From Chiloscyllium plagiosum (taxonomy: Eukaryota): 59,904 nucleotides of DNA. Below, in pieces: positions 50,146 through 59,904 of this stretch. A program made the position numbers and the translations under genes. How positions within the stretch are numbered: the first letter of the stretch is position 1; every line of letters begins with the position of its first letter. The stretch spans positions 13,781,189 through 13,841,092 of the forward strand of contig NC_057720.1 in the NCBI RefSeq assembly GCF_004010195.1, given 5' to 3'. The notes beneath the pieces are model-generated. The model saw only the letters and a program-made list of their open reading frames with translations, did not search any database and was not told the DNA's origin.

Positions 50146-51562
50146 CTGAAAGAAGATAGTTAGTTGTCGTAATTCTCCACGATAAGAAATTCCATTTTTT
50201 TTAGAAAAAGTTTGTTGGATAGTTTAACTTCTACCCATGTGCATGCCCCAATCATACTAAAGATTAAATTGTGACAGGATCTAGTGGCATGTATGCCTTG
50301 TTTATTCATTTAGGTGATGGGGGAGTTGCTTGATAAACCAGCGTTTATTGCACATCCATAGTTGCACAGATAGCAGTTAAGAGTCAACCAAATTGTTGTT
50401 GGTCTGGAGTTACATGTAGGCCATACCAAGTAAGGACATTCATGAACCAGGTGGGTTTTTCATGACAAGCAATTTATAGTCAAAGTTAGATTCATAATTC
50501 CAGATTTTCATTGAATTCAAATTCCACCATGTGCCATGGCAGGATACAAAGTTGGGTCCCCAGAACATTCTGGATTCACAGTCCAGCAGTAATACTACAA
50601 GGCCACTGCCTCCTGGAGGTGTCTTGTGCTTTGTGAGAATACTTCAGTGTGATTGGGAGCCCACACTGTTTGAGGAAAGGATGCACAGAGAAGGCTGAGG
50701 GGTGACCTAATTGACAGCTTTGAAGTTTAAAAGTTTTTGAGAGAGAGGATTCAGAGAGAATATAGGGAAGAACATTCACACATACAAATTAGAAGCTTAA
50801 GGAGACTAATTGGCTCCTTGACCTACTCTATAATTCCACAGCATTTTGGCTGATTTGGTTACTCTGCAATCGTATCTAGTCCTGATATCCTTTTACTCCC
50901 TTGCTTATGAAGGATCTATCCACCTTTAAGTTAAAAAGGTTTAATTACACTGCTTCTACCACCTACTTAATTAATTCTGCATGTGAGCATCAGCAAAAAG
51001 GCCAGAATTTGTTGACAAACATAACTGCCCTTGAACTGAGTGGTTTATACTATTATCTGGTCTGGAGTCACATATAGAGCTGGTAAGAGTAGATGATTTC
51101 CTTCCCTCAAAGACACTAGTAAACCATTTGGGTTTTATGACATTTTATCATTAGGTTGGCTTTTAAACTCAGACGTTTATTGAATTCAAATTTCACCATA
51201 TACTACTGGTATTTGAATCCATGCTCCCAGAATTTAAGACTGGGGTTCTAGGTGACTAGTCCGGTGATATTATCACAAGAGGAGATATCATCTCCACATC
51301 CACCTATTGAGATCCTTCTGGACCTTATAGATTTCAATCAAATTGCCACTTACTTTTCTAAACACCAGCAGAAACAAGCTTAGTTTGTCCAACCTTTCCT
51401 GATGAGACAACCTGCCCATTCTAGAAACTAGCCTGGTTAATCCTTTCTGAACTACTTCTCACGTACTTCACTTCTTCCCTAAATAAGGAGGCAAATACAT
51501 ACACAATACACCAGTTGTGATATCACCAATATCATTTTAAAGTGAAGTAGAACTTTGCTTGA

Positions 51563-51910
51563 TGGCATGCTGGCACAGTGGTTAGCACTGCTGCCTCACA
51601 GTGCCAGGGACCTGGGTTCGATTCCAGCCTTGGGCAACTGTCTGTGTGAGATTTGTATGTTTGCCTCATATTTGTGTGGGTTTCCACTTGGGTGCTCCGG
51701 TTTCTTCCCACATCCCAAAGATGGGCACATTAGCTGGATTGACTCTGCTAAATTTCCCCACAGTGTCCAGGGATGGGCAGGCTTGGTAGAATAATCATAG
51801 TAACTGTGGGATTAGGGTGAGAGGTTGGATCTGGGCAAGATGCTCTTTGGAGGGTTGGTGTAGGCTCAGTGTGCCAAGTGTCCCTTTCTGTACTGTGGGG
51901 ATTCTATGAT
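51563..51910 (+). mobile_element. HE1 V-SINE
   Basis: Head, V-domain and tail ctgtggggattctatgatt. Confidence 0.88.
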
Positions 51911-52317
51911 TTTGTTTCGATATTTAATTCACCTAGCAATAAGCACTAACATATTACCACCTTTCGTAAGCATTTGCTGTAGCTTTTATGATCCATGCAT
52001 TTGAATACTCAGATCCCACTGCATTCCAGAGCTTTGCTTTCTCAGATAATAAGCCTATTTTAAATTTTGTTTTCGAAAATAGACTTTTTCACATTTTGCC
52101 ACATATTGGCTGAATTGAAAGGGTGGCTATACTGAAAGAGACTAGATGAGGAAGTAGTTGGTTAAATGGTGCACAAACCCAGGATCAGGAATGGGCCAGT
52201 TGGTCTGAATGGTCTATTTCATTTTTCCATCTCCTGTGCAATCCAACATATTGGTGGACAACTGGAAATTCTATTGACATTTCACCAGAAATAAGCCGAC
52301 AATGGAAAAGAGGAATC

Positions 52318-52620
52318 AAAAAACAGAAATTGCTGGAAAAGCTCAGCAGGTCTGGCGGCATTTGTGGAAAGAAAGCAGAGTTAGCGTTTCAGGTCTAGTG
52401 ATCCTTCCTCAGAATGAGACTGGAAAAGAGTAAATTATTGTCACAGAGAAAGAACACATGACCATTGTAAGCATTCTTCTTTGAGATCTGTGGCAATTGC
52501 TGTTAGCTCACTGTTATCAGGTCCAGCCCATTGCCATATTGCTGTTTGTGGGAGCTTACTGCGCACAAATTGATATCTACTTTCCCCACTACCCAGCGCT
52601 GACTGGCTGCACTTCAAAAC
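52318..52620. mobile_element. PLE family C piece (52318-52415) next to a Deu-SINE fragment (about 52440-52620)
   Basis: aaacagaaattgctggaaaagctcagcagg...; attgctgtttgtgggagcttactgcgcacaaattg. Confidence 0.55.
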
Positions 52621-53531
52621 CGCTCCATTGCCTGGAGGGGATGGCCCACAAAGTGCCGGGTGCAAGGTGAGGAGTTTGGAGAGAGGCGGGGGGGGGGGGG
52701 GGGGGGGTTGGTGCAAATGGGAAATAAAGTAGAACTGCGTCAGTTATTGCTACATTGCAGAGGAAGCTGATGCAGTTACATCTGATATTGTAACATCAGA
52801 AAGAAAAGGTTTATTTCCCTTTAGTCAGTGAAATATCAGTTCCCATTGTACTTGGGGAGAATTAAAACCCATCGCTCAAAGCCATTTCCCATTTATTAAT
52901 GATGCAATCGCCGCAGAATATGATTAATCTATCAGGATTGCATACTTTACAGGAATCCACATTTATACAAACAAAATGTCAGAGCAGTCAAGTAGGATAA
53001 GATACAAAATGTGATTGAGTGTAATTAAGGCTGCAAACCCAATCATCCAGGCAAATAGTTTTTTGCTCAACGGAGAATATTAATTTTAAAGGAACAAATG
53101 TAATGGTATAGCCAAAAGTTGCAGTGACATTAGAATTTTCAGAGTTTGTTTCATTTGGCAGGTATTCCATTATGTTATCTCACACATCATAAATGGGATA
53201 TAACCAAATGCTTTGGCCACTGGATTTAAGGTGAATAGAAGACTAATCTCTTTTAACCGAAGCAATGGAAGATATTGACACCGTCGTTACTCAAATGCAG
53301 CAACACTTGGACAATAGACAGGTTTGGCACAAGTGGCAAATAATGCTTGCGCCACGCAATGACCATCTCCAACAAAAAGACAGAAATTAGCCAGTGCTCC
53401 TCCACAATCAATGGTATGATCATCACTGAATACCCACTCCAACATCCTGGGGTTACCATTAACTGGAAACTCAACTGCACCACCACAGTAAATAGCAGGT
53501 CAGAGACTAAGAAACCTGCAGCGATTATCTT

Positions 53532-54118
53532 TTTTTTTTATAGGTATTTTTATTAGAAATTTAACATTTTTACAAGTTTACAAAAATAAACAAAACTCTC
53601 AGATATAAACATTGATATACAATTAGCTCAAATATACAATAGCCAAAATTTGACAAAAAAAAACAAAACAACAAAAAAAAACCGAAAAGAGAAAAAAACA
53701 AACAAACAAAACTCAACTATCTACTAATCTAACCTACAACTAGCCAGGGTGTATATTTAAGTCTCTTACATGCTCGGGATGTGTTAGCATCAGATATAAT
53801 AAAACCCGTATTCGTGCGGGATTCCTCCCCCGAAGGGCCGCGGACCAGCCAGGTTTGTAATCTCAATTAAATTAAATAAAAGCCCTTGTTAGGATAGCCG
53901 AAATATCTGTATTTATGTAATTCAAAAAGGGCTGCCATATTTTATAAAATAATTCGGTCTTTCGGTGCACCATATTTGTAAGGAAGTCAAGGGGAATACA
54001 TTCCATAATTAGTCTGTGCCAATTTGAAAGTCCAGGGGGGCCCTCCGCCACCCAGTTCATCAAAATATTTTTCCTTGCACAGAAAGAAAGAATAGAAAAT
54101 AGTCTCTTCCCGTACGTG
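53532..54118 (-). mobile_element. 5'-truncated L1-clade LINE
   Basis: ORF2 C-terminus ARKNILMNWVAEGPPGLSNW...FYKIWQPFLNYI, AATAAA plus poly(A), and a perfect 14-bp TSD gcagcgattatctt (53518-53531, 54119-54132). Confidence 0.85.
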
Positions 54119-54682
54119 GCAGCGATTATCTTACTGGCCAACCCCTAACTGACTCGTCTACAAGACACAAGTCAGGAATGTGATGGAATACTCCCCATTT
54201 GCCTGGAAGGGTAAAGCTCCAATAACACTCAGAACCTTCACACCATCCAGGACAAAGCAGCCCAGTTGATTGGCACCACAGCCACAAACATGTACTTGCA
54301 AGATTCAGTCATAGCAGTGCCTGCCATCTGCAAGATGCATTACAGAAATTCACCAAAGATCCTCAAACAGCACCTTCCAAACCCACAGTTACTTCTATCT
54401 AGAAGCATTAAGGCAGCAGATGCATAGAAACACCAAGTTCTCATACAAACCACTCACCATCCTGGCATAGAAATTTTTTTTTGTTTCAAAAATATACTTT
54501 ATTCGTAAATATTTTGATCTATACAACTGGACATGCGATACATATGTAAACATTCCATTCCTTTGCGTATCGAAACAGAGTAATCATTCCTATTTACAGG
54601 TTGGTGCGATTACATTGAGCTGAGGCATCAGCAGAGCCCAAATGAGTGCGTGGGCCCCCTGCTCTTCTTAGGCAGGCAGATG

Positions 54683-57600
54683 TTACACGGTGGTCTTTCC
54701 CCACCGCGCCTTGGCGGCAGCTGCCCCAAGCTTCAGCGCGTCCCTCAACACGTAGTCCTGGACCTTGGAATGTGCCAGTCTGCAACACTCAGTCGGGGTC
54801 AACTCCTTCAGTTGGAAGATCAACAGGTTTCGGACTGCCCAGAGAGCGTCCTTCACTGAATTGATGTTCATCTCAGTGTGCATCCCGGGGAACAGGCCAT
54901 AGAGCACGGAGTCCCGCGTCACAGCGCTGCTCGGGATGAACCTCGACAAACACCACTGCATTCCTCTCTAGACTTCCTCTGCATAGGCACATTCCAGAAG
55001 GAGGTGTGTGACAGTCTCGTCCCCCCTGCAGCCGCTTCGAGGGCAGCGTGCGGTGCGGCTGAGAGTCCGGGCGTGCATAAAGGATCTCACAGGCAGAGCC
55101 CTTCTCACCACCAGCCAAGCCATGTCTTGGTGCTTGTTGGAAAGTTCTGGCGATGAGGCATTCTACCAAATAGCTTTGACAGTCTGCTCAGGGAACCCCT
55201 CGACAGGATCCGCCCTCTCCTTTTCCCGAAGGGTCTCAAGGACACTACGTGCTGACCACTTCCTGATGGACTTGTGGTCAAAGGGTTTTTCTTCATAAAC
55301 TTCTCCACGAAGGACAGGTGGTACGGAACGGTCCAACTACTCGGAGCGTTCCGCGGCAGCGAGGCCAGGCCCATCCTTCGCAACATTGGGGACAGGTAGA
55401 ACCTCAGTATGTAGTCACACTTGGTGTTTGCGTACCGGGGATCCACGCACAGCTTGATGCAGCCACACACATTTCCCCCATTGCACCGGTCTTTGTACAT
55501 TGTGTCTCTTCGGACCCGGTCCATCTTTGATCTCCACATGAAGTGGAAGATGGCCCGGGTGACTGCGGCAGCACAGGTTCTGGGGATAGGCCAGACCTGT
55601 GCCACATATAACAATACTGAGAGTACCTCACACCTGATGACCAGGTTTTTTCCCGCGATGGAGAGCGACCGTTGCTCCCATCTGCCCAGTTTCTGTCTCA
55701 TCTTCCTGGTCCGCTCCTCCCAGGTCTTGGCGCACGCCCCAGCCCCTCCGAACCAAATACCCAGCATCTTCAGGTGGTCAGTCCTGACGGTGAAGGGGAT
55801 AGAGGATTGGTCGGGCCAGTTCCCGAAGAGCATGGCCTCGCTCTTGCCTCAGTTTACCTTGGCCCCCGAGGCCTGTTCGAACTGGTCACATATGCACATG
55901 AGTCTGCGCACGGACAACGGATCCGAGCAGAAAACGGCGACGTCATCCATCCTTAACCTGCAGGCCCCCGCTGCCAGGAATAATCACCCCTCTCAGGCTC
56001 GCATCCTTCCTGATGGACTCGGCAAATGGCTCTATGCAGCACACAAACAAGGCAGGAGAGAGAGGGCAGCCCTGCCTGACTCCAGATCTGACTGGGAAGC
56101 TATCTGATTACCACCCATTGATTGAGACTGCATTGACAATGTTGGTGTAGAGCAGTCTGATCCAATTAGCGATTCCCTCCCTGAAGCCCATTTTGGAGAG
56201 GACATCCCTCATATATGTATGCAATATCCTATCAAAGGCTTTCTCCTGGTCCAGGCTGATGAGGCAGGTGTCCACCCCCCTGTCCTGCACGTAGGCGATC
56301 GTATCCCTGAGGAGTGCGAGACTCTCAGCGATCTTCCTGCCCGGCACAGCACAGGTTTGGTCAGGGTGAATCACCGATCCCAGAGCAGACCTGACCCGGT
56401 TGACGATGACCTTTGACAAGATTTTGTAGTCTGTGTTTAACAGTGAGATTGGTCTCCAATTTCTAATTTCCTCCCTCTCCCCCGTCTGCTTGTAGATGAG
56501 GGTGATGATGCCTTTCCTCATGGATTCACTCATGGTACCTGCCTGAAGCATACTGACATACACCTCCAGCAGGTCCCGGCCAATCAAGTCCCAAAGAGAA
56601 GAATAGATCTCGACCGGTAAGCCATCGCTTCCGGGATTTTATTCTTTTCGAAGGACTCAAGGACCTTGGTCAGCTCATCCAGAGATAGCTGGTCCAGCCT
56701 CTCTCGTGTTCCGTCGTCTAGGACCTCCGTGATAGAGGACAGGAATGACTGGGAGGCCGTGCTGTCGGTCGGCTTCACGTCATACAGACTGGCATAGAAG
56801 GATTTACTGATCCTCATGATGTCAGCCTGAGATGACGTTACCGAGCCATCTTCTTCCTTCAGGCTGCTGAGCACGGAGCTCTCTTTGTGCACCTTCTGGA
56901 AGAAGAAACGTGAGCATGTCTCATCCTGCTCCACCGAGNNNNNNNNNNNNNNNNNNNNNNNNNNNNNNNNNNNNNNNNNNNNNNNNNNNNNNNNNNNNNN
57001 NNNNNNNNNNNNNNNNNNNNNNNNNNNNNNNNNNNNNNNNNNNNNNNNNNNNNNNNNNNNNNNNNNNNNNNNNNNNNNNNNNNNNNTTTGAGGATGAAGA
57101 ATCTCTTGATGTTCCCTTTTACTGTTTCCCACCAGTCCGCTGGGGACTCAAAGAGGGGCTTCCCGGTTCTCCAACCTGCATAATCCCTCTTGAGCTCCTT
57201 GATGTTTCCTGGGGTCAACAGCTTAGTGTTCAGTTTCCACGTTCCCTTACCAGCCCGCTGCTCGTCCTGTAGGTGACAGTCGGCCAGCAGGAGGCAGTGG
57301 TCAGAGAAGAACACCGGCTTGACGTCGGTGGATCTGACCGAAAGCGTTCGGGACACAAACAGGTAATCTATTCTTGAGCGGATAGACCCCTCTGCCCGTG
57401 ACCAGGTGTATCTACGCTGCGCTCCGTCTGCAGGGGTGCTGAAGACGTCGTGCAGCTTGGCATCTTTGACCGTTTCCATCAGGGCTCTGGACGTGGCGTC
57501 CAGTTTACTGTCCCCCCCGCCGGATCGTCCATCTGCATCGATGATACAGTTGAAGTCTCCGGCCAGAATGACCGGCCTGGACGTAGCCAGCAACAGTGGA

Positions 57601-57945
57601 AGCTGTTGCAGGGCGGCCAACCGTTCACTCTTACCCGCTGGGGCGTACACGTTGATTAGTTTCACATCTGCGACAAGGAGGCGCCCGCCTACCACCTCCT
57701 TAACCTCGGAGATGGTGAAGTTGCCTCCTCGCAACAGGATACCCAGGCCTGAGGAGCGGTTATCGTTGCCCCCCGACCATTGGCCCATGGGCCCACAAGC
57801 TCGACCATCTCCTGTAACTGATGAGGTGCGGTATCCCACACTCCTACTGGAACAGGACATTGGCCAGGAAGGCCAGCATTGAAACACATCGCGCAGCAGA
57901 TTTTATTCTGCGCACATTAATACTTGCAATTTTTATCCCCTTTTT
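54683..57945 (-). pseudogene. Tx1 ORF2 (APE + reverse transcriptase), frameshifted, with an N gap at 56939-57086
   Basis: ORF-track pieces 56859-57887, 56584-57132, 56108-56587, 55105-55833 and 54683-54961. Confidence 0.9.
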
Positions 57946-57989
57946 TTTACAAGTTGTGAGGTTACCAGTGTCCGATTGCCACTGGTCCT

Positions 57990-59106
57990 GCCCCTCTGGG
58001 GTAGCTGGGGTAGTTTCCCATTGCCTCAGGAGGTTCGTCTCTTGGTTGGCAGGTGCTGCTCTCCTTTCTCCCCACAGTGCTCTGCCTCTTCTTTTAGTGA
58101 CGACCCTCCTTACGCCCGTCCTCACCCTCTGAAGAGCTGTCCGTGTCTTCCCCATGCAGCTGCCTTTTCCCCTTTTTCTGGGAGGTTTTGGCGGCCGGGT
58201 GGGTTTTCTTCCTCTTGCTTTGCACCAAGGTCCATTCCTCTGCCTCTTTCTTTCCCTTCTCCACCTCCTCCTCCTCCGCCTGTCCTGTCGGAGCTTCGCT
58301 CAGCAGCTGTCTCACTCCAGTAGCTGTGCTCTGCTCCAGCCTGTCCTTCCTTTTGCGTGCCCCCAGACACTATTCCCTTGCTGGTTTGCAGTGCCTTGCT
58401 GTCCTTTTGTGGCCCACCCCTGGCCATCTGCGCATAGGTGGCGGCCCCTCGTCTTGGGCAGGCCTTGTACACGTGGCCTGCCTCCCTGCACAGATTGCAG
58501 TTTTTTTCCTCCTTGCATTCTTTGGTCGGGTGACCCTCCTTCTTGCAGTTCCAACAGATCGTGACCTTGCAGTCCGCCGCCATGTGGCCTGATCTCCCGC
58601 AGGTTCGGCACACTTTCGGCTGCCCTGCATAGGTCAGGTACCCTCTGCTCCCTCCGATAGCAATGCTAGAGGGTGGGTGGAGGATATTCCTGCTGGCATC
58701 AAGCCTCAGGGTTACCTTGACCCTGTTGTTTGCTGGTCCAGATCCCGAAAGGGTCAACCACATTGGTGCTTTGTCCCTTAACCTGCACATATCTTCTCAG
58801 GAACTTCAGGACATCAGTTGCTGGAACGTAGGGGTTGTACATGTGGATCGTAACAACCCGACTCCTCTGTGCAGGAAGCACACACAACGGGACCGCCGAC
58901 AAGATGGAGAACAGTGGCTCCCCTTCCTTTTCCTTGAAGACCTTCAGGAGCTGCTCGCATTGCTTCACGCTCCTGAAGGTGACGTCAAAGTAGCCTGCCC
59001 CAGGGAAATCCTGCAGGCAGTACACGTCCACTGCAGCGAACCCACAGCACTCAAACAGAACCTTCTTGACGAACACTGTCCGATCGACTGGTGTACACTC
59101 TTCCAC
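57990..59106 (-). pseudogene. Tx1 ORF1 (gag-like, ZCCHC3-like), frameshifted
   Basis: YCLQDFPGAGYFDVTF...DPFGIWTSK; CRTCGRSGHMAADC, CWNCKKEGHPTKEC, CNLCREAGHVYKAC. Confidence 0.85.
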
Positions 59107-59107
59107 T

Positions 59108-59904
59108 ACTTGAAGGGGTCTGTGGCTCTGAGACTCAGAAGGGAAAGGGGGAGAGGAGGAGAGCGCTAGTTATAGGGGACTCTCTAGTTAGAGGGACGGA
59201 CAGGCGGTTCTGTGGACATGGGCGAGACTCACGGATGGTTTGTTGCCTCCCGGGTGCTAGGGTCCGAGACGTCTCAGACCGTGTCTTCAGAATCCTTAAG
59301 GGGAGGGTGTGCAGCCAGAAGTCGTGGTGCACATTGGCACCAACGACATAGGTAGGAAGAGGGGTGGGGAGGACATTCAAGAGCTCAAGGAGTTAGGCTG
59401 GAAGCTAAAAGCTAGGACAGACAGAGTCGTCATCTCTGGGTTGTTGCCGGTGCCACGTGACAGTGAGGCAAAAAATAGGGAGAGAGTGCAGTTGAACACC
59501 AGCAAGGCTGGTGTAGGAGGGAGGGCTTCAAATATTTGGACAATTGGACTGCATTCTGGGGAAGGTGGGACCTGTACAAACAGGACGGGTTGCACCTGAA
59601 CCAGAAGGGCACCAATATCCTGGGGGGTAGGTTTGCTAGCACTCTTCGGGGAGGTTTAAACTAATTTGGCAGGGGGATGGGATCCGGACTTGTAGTCCAG
59701 CAAGTAAGCTAGCTGTGTGTCAGGATGCAAAAGACTGTAGGGAGGCTGTGGAGAAGGTAGCACTGACAGGGACTACTAGCGGACACAGAGATGGGCTCAA
59801 GTGCGTATACTTCAACGCAAGGAGTATCAGAAACAAGGTGGGTGAACTTAAGGCGTGGATCGGTACCTGGGACTACGATGCTGTGGCCATCACGGAAACG
59901 TGGA
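59108..59904 (+). mobile_element. Younger CR1 LINE: ORF1 esterase and ORF2 start, running off the window
   Basis: ALVIGDSLVRG, VVVHIGTND, DGLHLN (SGNH blocks), then LKCVYFNARSIRNKVGELKAWIGTWDYDAVAITETW. Confidence 0.92.

Larger units (their letters stand above)
54474..59107 (-). mobile_element. Tx1-type (L1 clade) LINE, nearly complete, frameshifted
   Basis: ORF1 has three CCHC knuckles. ORF2 has APE (ILAGDFNC, SRIDY, FSDH), RT (NWRPISLLNTDYKIL, LDQEKAFDR) and a C-terminal Cys-rich region. A-rich tail with AATAAA at about 54497-54502. Confidence 0.95.

Noticed and set aside
52988..53170. 60-aa minus-strand ORF as the first exon
   Set aside because: Ends in a stop, with no convincing donor or homology.
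55421..58592. Long plus-strand ORFs (228, 158 and 149 aa)
   Set aside because: Antisense shadows of the GC-rich Tx1 coding sequence.
58122..59106. Host ZCCHC3 gene
   Set aside because: Frameshifted and directly followed by APE-RT ORF2 and an A-rich tail, so it is the ORF1 of a Tx1 element.

Overview
Repeat-rich eukaryotic DNA, almost certainly from a shark (elasmobranch), judged from its HE1-type V-SINEs, HER1/CR1 LINEs and Deu-domain SINEs. Repeat family names are assigned by recognition, not by database search. The only host coding signal I can support is a minus-strand gene for a non-canonical RING-CH (MARCH-like, C4HC3) domain. It uses exons 44407-44283 and 30879-30832, with a candidate 21-nt upstream microexon at 50145-50125; later exons were not found. 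The rest is mostly nested retroelements: a near-full-length CR1 (about 3100-7066), a Tx1-type LINE (54474-59107) cut by a younger CR1, an L1 3' end with a 14-bp target-site duplication (TSD), Rex1/Babar fragments, a decayed Tigger transposon and many SINEs. The most striking structure is at least 15 short Penelope-like insertions from four sequence families. Many fold back as palindromes, and most carry a minimal hammerhead ribozyme motif with a family-specific stem II. There are two N gaps (8855-8940, 56939-57086).
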